A stretch of DNA of 64,000 nt. It comes from Pelomyxa schiedti (taxonomy: Eukaryota; Protista; Evosea). This document shows positions 45,741 through 56,512 of the stretch, piece by piece (position 1 is the stretch's first letter; each line of letters opens with the position of its first letter). The position numbers and the translations under genes were made by a program. The stretch covers positions 36,615-100,614 of the forward strand of contig JAHLWZ010000826.1 of assembly GCA_020536535.1 (NCBI GenBank). Direction: 5' to 3'. The notes beneath the pieces were generated by a model. That model searched no databases. It had not been told where the DNA came from and was given only the letters and a program-made list of their open reading frames with translations.

Positions 45741-47138
45741 ATGGCCCAGACCTCCAAGCTCGCCAAGCTAGCAGCCGCGACCCCGCGAGGGCGCGAGCCC
45801 GCCGCCGCCGGGCCCGTCGAGGTGCCCGCCGGCGGCGCGGCGCCTCCCCCGCCCCCGTCGCGCCCGCGCACGGGCTCCGCCGCGTCCGGCAAAAAACTGC
45901 GGGCTGCCACGAGACTGAGCCTCGCGTTTGTGTGCGCGGTGCTCGGCCACGCCGAGGAGCTCAGGGCCGTGCACGACGCGTGGAAAGAGAGGGGGTTCGA
46001 GAGCTACTCGTGGATGGTGGACTCTGCGTGCACCTGGAACGAGTGGGAGGAGGGAACCCCGCTGGCCTGCGCCGTGCACGAGGGGCATGTGGAAGTGGTC
46101 AGGCTCTTGCTGGAAACCTTCCGGGCGAACCCGCTGCTGCGGTGCCAGTGCATGCTGTACGGCCCGAAATGCACAGCGCTCCACATTTGCATAAGCAAGC
46201 ACCAGCCCGAGGTAGCTGATATGATCCTCTCGGCTTGCGACGAGACTGCTCTGGCTGCCCTGATGTGCGGAAGGGATTATCCTAAACTCCCTCTTGACAT
46301 GGCCTTGAAGGAAAAAGATAATATGGACCTGATAGAGGTTCTGGCGAATCCAAAGTGGGGGACTGAGCTCATGGATATGCTGGATAGCAAGTTCCCAATC
46401 GCTGTATACTGTGAGCTTGAAGGAGCTCGCCCAAATGTTTTGCGGTATCTTTGTCAAGTATTCCGTAAAGGCCTTAGTCCTGCGTTCTGCCATGCTACGA
46501 TGACTCCCTATTGGAATACAACAAACAAAGAGATGCAAGATATACTGATTAACCATCCGTACTTCTCTGAGTGTCTCAATTCAGGAGAGAGTCTGCCGAC
46601 ACCCCTTTTTATGGCAACGTGGAGAAAAAACCAAGAGCTAGCCATGCAGTTTTTATCCCTTGGTGCGAACCCAAATGCCCCGTGCAAATGGCGGACGCTT
46701 TGTGAACACTATTTTTTCACTCCAATGATTCTTGCTGTTCTCTTCGACCAAAGGGAACTGGTGGCAGAAATGGCCAAACACGGGGGACTACTGCCAAATA
46801 AAACAAACAAACTCTGGGGGGAATTCAAGGGTCCGGAATATGTTCATATACATGGTTTCTCTCTTTTTTCCTTTTTGTCTTTTTTTGCTGAACGAGACCT
46901 TCAGTATACTTGGAGTTGTATCCAAGTCAAATTGTATCCCTCATGGCTGTATCAAAATACTCTGAAATCTCCGATTCAGTGGACATGCTCCGCGCATCTA
47001 TGCCGGCAATGGAATTCAAGACGCCGTCTCCAAATAGATTTACGGAACCACCACCCATGGTTTCAGCGGCCATTGAGTAAAGCACCCCAAATTTACTATC
47101 CGTCTCCCACCACCCTCTCAGGATTGATGACTCTATAA
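45741..47138 (+). CDS. Ankyrin-repeat protein (3' end uncertain)
   Basis: GTPLACAVHEGHVEVVRLLL, TALHICISKHQPEVADMIL, TPLFMATWRKNQELAMQFLSLGANPN, TPMILAVLFDQRELVAEM. Confidence 0.75.
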   Translation: MAQTSKLAKLAAATPRGREPAAAGPVEVPAGGAAPPPPPSRPRTGSAASGKKLRAATRLSLAFVCAVLGHAEELRAVHDAWKERGFESYSWMVDSACTWNEWEEGTPLACAVHEGHVEVVRLLLETFRANPLLRCQCMLYGPKCTALHICISKHQPEVADMILSACDETALAALMCGRDYPKLPLDMALKEKDNMDLIEVLANPKWGTELMDMLDSKFPIAVYCELEGARPNVLRYLCQVFRKGLSPAFCHATMTPYWNTTNKEMQDILINHPYFSECLNSGESLPTPLFMATWRKNQELAMQFLSLGANPNAPCKWRTLCEHYFFTPMILAVLFDQRELVAEMAKHGGLLPNKTNKLWGEFKGPEYVHIHGFSLFSFLSFFAERDLQYTWSCIQVKLYPSWLYQNTLKSPIQWTCSAHLCRQWNSRRRLQIDLRNHHPWFQRPLSKAPQIYYPSPTTLSGLMTL

Positions 47139-47859
47139 CGTCGATGCTTGTGCAGTACCAAGCAGAAACCGCGCGAGTGTTAGGGTTTCTTGATATCCAG
47201 TCCCTTGGAAGGATACAACAAACTTCCCGATTTTGGTTCAACCCTCCATCAAGTTTTACATGATCTGATTGAAATACTGTTTTTCCAAGGTACCATGTGG
47301 GACGATCCAATTCCTCTTGGAAGGTATGTTGCTGCTTGCTTTCGTTTCTAAGCACACTCAAAACAAAAAAAAAAAAAAAGCAAGTTTTGTTGAACAACAG
47401 TACAACATGGAGTGAGAATGCCAGAAGTATTTTTAAGCACTATATGAGCGAACTCAATGATAACGATGAAGAAATCAAGGTACCCTTGGTCTTACAATTT
47501 TCACAACTAAGCCAAAAATACAGTGGAAACACGTCTGTTTTGTTTGGGTGTCACGTAACATATGCAAATGGTGTGGAAAAATATTCCGGAACTGTGACGG
47601 CATTAAATGCACTGACACTCATGCACAATGTGCGCAGCACCGCGGTGCTGTTGAACACTTAAACCTTGAGATTTACTACCGAGCGTACAGCCGTGCTTGT
47701 ATGTTGAACAGTTGAACATAAATTCATCTGGGATGTTGGAAAGAAAAAGAGGCGAAAAAACCCATGTAGAGAAAACAAGGGGATTTCTTTTTTTACATTT
47801 GTGGGGTAAAGGTTCCCTACACAGGACACATACATTTCGCCCTGTGGGTTCAGGTGGCT

Positions 47860-49480
47860 TGGTGGGTATCTTGGTTTTGATATGAAGGTTGAAATTGACA
47901 CTTTGGCACAGTGTTACCATCATCTGGTACTTGAGGTGGGTAAAGCTCACACACCCATTTCTTCTGCTGAAAAGAACGCAGCACCTGGAACTCATCGGCT
48001 GTGGTTGTTGCCTTCGTTAATGTTGGGTTCGACTGCAGTGCATGGGCTTCAGAATTGCTCTGTGAACAGTGTAAGGTCCGAGGAAAAATCCCGCAAAATG
48101 CATACGTACATCGACAGGGAGCTCAAGTGAAGAAAAAGCCGGAGCAGATGCTTCTCGTGCTGAAAAATCCTGCTGCTGCATTGTGGATGTATTCACTTCC
48201 TCAGATTCCTTACTGCAACCACAGCAGCCTCTCAGGTGCTGATACAAGATATTAACGGTACGTTCTCTGGTTGACTTGTAATTCCGTTGTGCGGCGAGAT
48301 TGTTCCGGCAGCATGGAACAACACCTCCGGCAAAAGCCGGTGCCATCAGAACTGCTCGGAGCATTGCAACTTGATCGCTCAGCGTCGCTTTTGGGCTGCG
48401 AGGGTCACTATGTGTTCTCGTCTGGTGGATGTGCTGCTGGAAGTGCTGCTGGAGGTTGTTTATGGCACTTTGGCGTGAATTATAGAATTTCCACCCAGGC
48501 CTGCTGTAGCTTGCGCACAGTGGGCATGAGTATGGTTCGTCCTTCTGGGTTGGTACAATAGATTGGACTTTTCCATAGGTCGTCCTGATAAACTGTGGGT
48601 CTCCTATGGAGGTTGGCAATTCACTCTCCTCTTGCTCAGACTCTGTGTCAGAGTCACAAGATCCTAGTGCTGTGGAATTCAAATGACAGGTCTATAACAA
48701 GGTGAGAACAAAAATATGGAAGCAATCACGTACATTGTCGGGCAAAAGTGGAGCACCCCCAGAACAAGCTTCTGTAGCCACGAAAGATATCACTTGGGGA
48801 GACTGATTATTACTTTGAGTCAAGCCCCTGTCGATTTGAGGTGTTGAGTGCAGCATATCTGCCTGATACGTCCCAACATGTGCCTGATGCGGAGGAATCT
48901 CGCTTCTGTGCATGTCCTTTCCGCCGTGGTTCTGCAGATGATGGTACAGGTCTGACACTGCGTGCTGCCGTGATTTGTGATCGATCCAGCAGTGCTTTAC
49001 GTAGTCTGTGCACAATGGGCACTTGTACAACTCACGCGAGTCATCTGGCACTGTTTCCTTGGCTCTCTGCCACAAAAGGTGGTTTCTCAACTCTACATGA
49101 AGAAGAGTCAACAAAAAAAAAATTAATTAAACTTTAAATACCATTATGCATTATATGCGCGTTTGTGTCAGTGGGAAAGGAAACGCACTCTGCCTCACGT
49201 CGCTATCGCAAGTTTCGTAGCGCGGGGCTTCGCTTTGCTGCCGCGATGCACGCCGACAACAAGGGCGGCGCGGTTTGGGTGTTGATGATGATTTATGGGA
49301 CAAATCGTAGTCGTGGTCGGAGTGGGCTTGCAAGTGCGAAAAAAGAGAACCGATTGCTTCGTTTCTGGACTCGTAGATGTTCCACCCGCTACGTCGGAAA
49401 TGTTTCTTGCACGTAGGGCACTCGTAAGCGGCATCGGGATCGATTGGTACAGTAAATGTTGCCAGATGGAACATGTTCAT
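47860..49480 (-). CDS. Multi-exon protein with three clear and 1-2 degenerate atypical C2H2-like zinc fingers
   Basis: YECPTC..FRRSGWNIYESRNEAIGSLFSHLQAH; YKCPLCTDYVKHCWIDHKSRQHAVSDLYHHLQNH; YSCPLCASYSRPGWKFYNSRQSAINNLQQHFQQH. Confidence 0.65.
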
Positions 49481-49823
49481 CCTTCATAAATATAAGGGAA
49501 CAAAGCATGTTAGAGTGGAAATAAACGTGGACACGCGTCGTAGTCGTAGCGAGGGTTACCTTACGGCGTCAATCTCGTCTCGTAACTGAGTTTTTTTTTG
49601 GTGTTTTCTTATCACAACAAGTTGCAGGACTAAAAAAAGCAGAAATTCTGTTTTGATTTTTGTCTCGAGTGATGGCATCTGGCGGGACTAGGCCACGTCA
49701 ATTTTGTAGTATGCATTTAATGGAGAGAGGGTTGTTTGGAGATTAATGAGCTTCTTGAGATGGTGGTCTCTGGTGTAAATTGGGCCACTTTGGGCACCCT
49801 GAGTGGCATAGAAATGTACTTAC

Positions 49824-49980
49824 CTCTTTGAGTTTGTTTTTTTCCACTATTTCTCCAACAGGGCCTTTGTTTCCATGGGTTGTGTTGTTGGGTGTTGTCA
49901 ATCAACACCCAAGGGCCCTAGTGGGGCACCCAACAACCTGTTGTTGTCGAAAAAAATCGATTTAACCCAACTGGGAAAAT
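49824..49980. mobile_element. Degenerate relative of the 63274-63501 MITE (one TIR retained)
   Basis: Starts ctctttgagt. Shares ccatgggt..gtgt.gttgggtgttgtcaa, cccaaggg(g)ccct..tgggg and aatcgattt with the reverse complement of the MITE. Confidence 0.6.
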
Positions 49981-50552
49981 TATCAATACACAGAATCAGA
50001 CTATATAAGTGTATCATACTTCTGTGTGATTCATTAGAATACACAAGCAAACTGAGGCAGGGAATAGATCAACACTTTTAAACATGATACATCACAATTA
50101 CAAACACAGTGAAAGACCACCAGATACCTGTGACATCTGTGACACAGGGAAGAATATTAGTTGTGAGTGACAACAAGACAGAAATACTGGGACATTGTGT
50201 CCTATGTATTGCGCAACGATGCCACTTTTGTACAAATGGAGCAGTAACTGAATACACTCCCAGACTTCAGAAACAAGCAACCATACTTCTTACACTGAAC
50301 AGCAGGGTCAAGAAGACCACAGCCACCACCACAACGCCAGCAGTATACCCAGCAACACAACAACAGCGGCTGCAAGCACAAGCACAGGCCCTCAACACTT
50401 TGCCAGTTGCACGTATGGCAGCACAGCCCACTGTCATCACCACACCCCCACCACCACCTTGCACTTACACAGGGTGATGAGGTGATGAGGTTCCCCTGCA
50501 GTCTTTCTCACCATCAGCAAAAAAAAGACAAAAACATTTTGGGTTCAAGGGA

Positions 50553-52128
50553 TTCCCTTGAGAGAAAGAGAACCTTGGCCTGCAATGGAACCCACAAGAG
50601 TAATTTCCGAATCATCTGGATGTCCAAATTGTTCAGAACCAAACTGTAATCTAGCCAGCTGTGGGAAGCACGGTTGTAAGAGAGGTGCTGCTTGAGCTTT
50701 TCAAGGTGAGCACCTAGATCCCAAGTCAGTTTGACTGAAATAAGTTCCTTGAGACTGTCATGGAGCAACCAGTCGGCATTGCATAAAACACCTCTACTAA
50801 TGACAAAGTACTTCTTGGTTTCTGGGTGGAAGTCAACATCTGTTACTGAAAGTGTACTGCTGGCTGGGTTCCATTGTAGTTCACCCCAGAGATAAAGTAT
50901 TCCAGTGGCATTGCCAACTCTGCTCTGTGCATCTACCTCAACTGTGGCCACAATCTTTCTCCCTGAAGGGTAAAGCTGCACTGATTTCACTGCTATTTTT
51001 GCTCCATAAATTGAAGCCGGCGTGATCACAGTTGGGAGCTCTCATGATGATTCTCTATTTAATACAGTGTAAGGAAGATGGAATGTCAGTGCTGTGTCAA
51101 TTCCCCGATCTGCGGTCATGGCAGAGAAGCTTGGGCATCCCGTAACAGGAGAGCTTGGGGCTGGGTAATAACCAAGTGCAATGACCGGTTTGCAGGAAAG
51201 GCCAATGGACAAGTGCATCCAAACTCCAGAGAATGTGAGTGGTGATGCAGACAATGCGTTTGGATTTACTTGGAGCCATACATCTTCAACTTTGAAGTCC
51301 AGCAGCTCCACAGGGGGTATCTGAATTGCATGATGGAGACAGCCAGGCCTGAATCTAACCTCGCAACTGAGTAAAAAGGGAGGATTGAAAAAGAAGCTCA
51401 CGTGTGGTATCTTGGGCCTGATCACAGCCTCCAGCATTACTCTATAAGAAATCCCTAATATTCCTTTGGCTCTGGTTACTGACACTTGCACTGAGGGATT
51501 GATTACAATTCCCCAGTCATTTGTGAGGCAGTGCAAGATAAGGTTCCTGCAAAATCACTGGTTTTCTTCACGAAACTTATTCTCAGTCTCACTTTCCCAG
51601 CGCAAGAAATATCCAGTTTTATGGAACCTGGAGTGGGAGAGTAAACGCCACTCACGGTGCACGTGGCATGCCCGTTGTCAAAGTGTACATTGTCCCACTT
51701 GCCACTGAAGTCGATGTTCAAAGTTGTGCCCTCAGGAGAGCCATCACTGTGCAGTGAATAGTAAAGACTCCCACCATCCAAACTGACCCATTGTTCCAGA
51801 TTGTGGGGCACAGCCAGTGAGAAGAGATTGAGATCAGTATTAACTGAAATTGTGGAGTCTCTCCCTTGAATAACCACACCTGCATCTGAAAATTCAGCGG
51901 GGGCTGGTATTTCCAACCTTAACAAATTAATTTGATGATGAAAGAAAGAGAACCACACTTGGCAAATCCCCTGTGGGAAAAAATGCACAGGATCCGTAAA
52001 ACTGCCGGTACCATCACAACCAAAACTGCAACACCCGCAGCGGCCATAAGACATCCGTGAGTAACTGGTGGTTTTTGTTTTATTGGTTTGTTGGTGGTGA
52101 GAAGCGGCTGGCACTCTTCCTCTTCCAT
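50553..52128 (-). pseudogene. DUF4403-like gene, copy 3 (deletions, frameshifts, in-frame TGA)
   Basis: Homologous to copies 1 and 2. A 10-nt deletion near 51530, RESS* at ~51045 and a deleted SVVAD segment disrupt it. Confidence 0.8.
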
Positions 52129-52309
52129 GTGTCTGGTTTGCAAAAAAAAAAGCAACTACCAACTTGGGAGACTTGCCTACCACCCAACACACAAAAAAAT
52201 AATCAACACCGGGAAGTTAGTGTAGGGGAGGTCTGGTATTTAAAAAATTTAGCCAAATAATAGAATCCTTAAATAATATATTAATATATTTATTTAAATT
52301 AATTTATTA

Positions 52310-53609
52310 TTACCACTTACCAAAGAGGAAAGACGTTGTGCCATCTCCTTCCTTTCTTCCAACAACCGTTTTCTGGGTGCACCTTCTGCTTCTTCTTCGT
52401 TGCTTTGAGTTCTCATTCATGAATTCCGTGGCAGCATTTCCGAAAAGAGCAAGGTTTCTGATTCGAACAGCACAGAACTTCAACATCTGAAACAGCAATC
52501 CTTCACTCCCTTTTCTGTGTTTTTCCAGTGCCTTCTCAAACAAACGTTCAACTGAGCTTATGTGACATTCAACCACCGTTGGAACGCATCATGTGAAAGA
52601 CTTGCTTCAATGAGAAGAGAACTTCCAGAATTGATGGTGAATCATCGCTGCATGCAAGCATGAGGGCCTTCATCACAAGGTTCTCTTCGACTGTGCCTCC
52701 TGTGACAAGCAGCGGGATGATCATCAATGCCGAGACTGACTGGAGGTACACGTTGTTTCTATCAATGTGATCCTCAATGAACTGGAGAACAACCCTTTGT
52801 CCATTTGGTGGATCAACAGAGCACAACATTGTCAGCTTTGAAACAAGTTCTCCAGTCATCCTCACCTCAATTCTGGCTTCCTGCAAGGAAGACCTCTCAC
52901 AAAATTTTAGGATGCCTTTGATCAGGAGATTTGTGATAGGTTTGAGGAACTCCACAGTCTCATTAGAAGCGTGGAGCTTCAAAACGTCCCATCCGTCAAT
53001 CCAGAAAAGAAGAGGCTCCAGCAGTGTGAATTGAGTGATTCCATCCAGCTTCCCCACAAATGAATCGCAAAGATCGCGAACAAACTGCGGGAGTACTTGA
53101 ACCAAGTTGATGCAACAGGTGAACATTTCTACCTCCTGTGAACGGCCTGATGCTTTGCTGACCATCAAGTGCAGTTGATTTGAAAATGGAACAAACAGGT
53201 GCCTGCACTCAGGAACCCACGTCAACCCCTTCAGAATGCGTGTTGACTGCTGTGATGCAGTCAAGTTTGGTCCCTGTATGGGGTCCCTTGAAGCCATCTC
53301 AAACAACCTCCCAATGAAGGGCTCAACGCATAAAGCCACCATGTAATTCAGCGCCTCAAACTCCGAAATCGAGCGCGAAATCACCTCAGTGCAAGCACAA
53401 GCCACCAAGTCGTAGTTTCTCCTGTGGACATTGCTCATCCCATCAGTCACACCAACTCCCACAATCTCCTTCATCTGTGTCACCCACGCCCACATCTCTG
53501 GGCCGTGACCAATCTCGTGCATGTACATCCGGAATCCCTCAACCATGGATTTTACAACGATGTAGGAGTGTGCCTTTTCAGTGAAGTTGAGAAGAGCCAG
53601 CGCTTCCAT
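52310..53609 (-). pseudogene. Truncated paralog of the 453-3444 gene, frameshifted by a 31-nt insertion
   Basis: Aligns by eye with the 453-3444 product (GLLFQMLKFC in both). atgtga is duplicated at 52560-52565 and 52591-52596, and removing the insert restores the frame. Homology ends at ~52310. Confidence 0.75.
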
Positions 53610-53922
53610 CTCTCCAACGGCTTTATGGTTGGCGACTGCCTGTGACTTCGACTTGGCATCTGTTTCATGTGTATCAGCACGGTCCTCCCCACACCCTAGG
53701 TCTTTCTCGCCGTTGCCGTCTATTTTTTATCCCGTTAGTCTTCAGCAAGCTCCTATTATTAAAATAAATGCTGTCTACTATTACTATTTTTTCCGCACAC
53801 ACCAGCCCCCAGCCTTTCCCGTTCCTCTATTTCGGTGCCATAAAAGGGGAGAGGAATGTGTTTTTTTGAAAGTTCTTGTTGTTTCGTTTTTTTTCCCTCA
53901 ATGGTGGTGTCAACATTTATTT

Positions 53923-56363
53923 TTAGTCAAAGAGGCCACCACTGTAATCGTCAGGGTCATCGTCATCTGTGTTTGGGGTTGTTTCTGTCGCGGGCCTTGG
54001 GAGGAGACCTTGCTCTTCCAACCACCAAATGGTTTCCTCCCGCCTGTAATGGTGTCCCACTGTGAGATACTCTTCATTTGCAACGATGTCCGGCCACCAC
54101 AGCACCAGGAGAGGTGATGATGCAACAGTGGGCAGGAAGTGGTCAATTACATCTTCTTTGGCGATGGTTGGGAACATTCTTAACATCAAACTCCATCCTG
54201 CAAAATCCAGTCCAAGAACCAGAAACCATGGCTGCTGGAAGACCTTTTGTTCTGAGGGTTAGTGGCCGGCAGCAGATGAATGGAACGTACATCGTAGGGA
54301 AAACCTTCTGTAGTCACAGAGAACTTGTGGGCAAACCACTGTGCGCAGGTGCACTTGTTTCGGGAAATCAAAGTCACCAGAATTTCCATCTTCTGTTTGG
54401 ACGTCATTTCCTTTTCCAAGTTGAAATGTGAAATCAGCCACTTGAGCACTTTGCTGGAGCTTGTGTAATGTGCCAAGTACTCCAGAACATCAGAGGGAGC
54501 CAGCCCACCAGCTTGAGTTTCAGAAAGGTGCACAATCTTTTTGACTTGAAGGAGGTCACCCCTTCCCATTGCCAGCTTGAGATACTCCAGGAATGAGAAC
54601 CATTCCCCCAAACGTGGTCTGAAGCTCTCGACCAGGAGCAAAGCCAGGTCCCTGGTGTCTGCATCGATGTGGGAGGAAGCACAAATTTCCAGCAGTAAGT
54701 CGACAACTTCGCTCTGTGGAATGGTGGATCCCACAGCCCCTAAATGCTGCATGGCCCACTTGAACGCTGGTTCATTGAAACACTCTAGCGCATCGAGGGC
54801 ATTCACTGCCAAAAGCTTGCTCAGGGAAAGAGTTGGTGTTGTTTTGGTGAGGTTGAAGAAGCACTCCTCGAGCCACTGTGCAATGCGCCAGTTTTTACCT
54901 TCAAGTGCCGAGTGGAGAGCAACAAGGATGACCTGAGAGTCACTGGTGGTGATTGAGATTCTTCCACGCACCAGTTTGGCAATGGCCAAGTTGTCCTTTC
55001 TGTTTCTGCACGCGCACGTGAAATCAGATTGGTTTGGGGTTGCTCTCTCCAACAACCACTGTGCGAACTGAACATCATCCGCGTTGTGAAGGATGTATTT
55101 TAATTTGGTTTCGAGAAGGGAAGAGTTCACACCTTCCAGTGCCCACTTGACCACTTCACAGTTCCTGGAGTCGGTGAAATCCATCTCCTCCGATGGAAAC
55201 CTCTGCATCAGCCACTCGCACACTTTTATGATCTCGTCTGCTGGTCCCTTGCAGTTCACTGCACTCCGTGCCATGCCACTGGCATCGAAGTGCCACTCTG
55301 GAAACGTTTCAATGAGCCTCCTGATGTCAGATGCTCGGCGAGGCACTCCCCACCACCATGCCTCAAACTGCAAAGATAGCCTCTCTGTGGCATTGATTGT
55401 GTTCGCCAGCCACACAATCGTGTCAACCTGGAACCCTTCGGCAGCAAATAGAAGTCGTTTCAGCAGAAACCAAGACTCGTCAGTACCACCGAAGCGAGAC
55501 AATGCCCACTTGAGTGTGTCGAGGTGCCCTCGTCCGGCCACGATGTCCAGGAGCTTTGGGAGGCCCTTGTCACCCCAGAATTCACTCTCCAGCCTCCCAA
55601 CAGTCAAGTCACCACTTAAAATAACCTGGCGATCATGATGATCACCACCATCGTAATCTCCCCCAGAGTACTTGCGATAACAGGTGGGAAGTGGATAAAA
55701 CACAAACCCCCTTCCGCCTTCACTGCTCGTTGCCGTTGAAGCACATGTGGTGGAATCACAAGGGACAGCAGGAGCCCTGTCGCGAGGCCACATCAACGAG
55801 CCCCAGGGTGCCCCTTCGTCCACAAACCTCCTGGCCGAGTCCAGGTGATCCCCCGCGCACAGCCCCGTCAGCACGGCCAGGCACTCCTTCCCCCACCCCT
55901 GCCTCCTCCACTCCCCCTCCCCCTCCTCCAACTCCGCCGCCTCATCCCCCTCCTGAGGGTGTGCATTTCTTGGGCCGCTTGCGATGGGGTGGGAGCCGCG
56001 GGAGCCGTGGGGGAAGTGGGACAGGAACCAGCGGCAGCAGGAGGGTGCCTGGGCTTCCCCGCAACAGCGGAGGAACCATCGGCGGGAGGCCCCTCTGGCC
56101 CGCATGAGGGCCCGGCAGGCCAGCCCTGCGAGGGGGAACATCGCCTCGGCCACTCGCAGCAGAGTGAGTGCGTGCTTGTCCTTCGGCCTTGGGCCGAGGA
56201 GGAAGTACTCTGGTCCAAGTGGCCAATCGAAGTCCCGTGTGTTGTTGTTGTTGTGTTTGTTGCTGCTATGATGAAAGAAAATGAGGGTGTGGTGGGATTG
56301 TGGGATCACCCACGGGACCATCACCCATTCCCACACAACTCGCGACACCTCCACAACACTCAT
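53923..56363 (-). CDS. Lineage-expanded ankyrin-like repeat protein, duplicate of 39604-42005
   Basis: Near-identical 5' half to the 39.6-42.0 kb gene. The 3' exon has MLRMFP...SSPLLVLWWP. Confidence 0.75.
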
Positions 56364-56512
56364 GCGGTTTTCCACGAAACACAACTGTAGAGTCATGGGA
56401 CTGACCTGGATTTTCACAAGATACGTACGACAAGGAGCACAATGTACTTCTCAGCCCTCGTTAGCTTGTATTTTCGGATCAATCTCCCAGTGATGATTGA
56501 AGAAAAACAAAA

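Noticed and set aside
46927-47397. Protein-like - strand ORF overlapping the 3' end of the ankyrin ORF
   Set aside because: It could be a terminal exon of the zinc-finger gene or a separate gene. I could not build a consistent splice path or decide which strand codes in the overlap.
50109-50477. 122-aa ORF with a Thr/Gln/Pro-rich tail and several Cys
   Set aside because: No domain recognised and no paralog; other frames contain stops, so coding status is unsupported.
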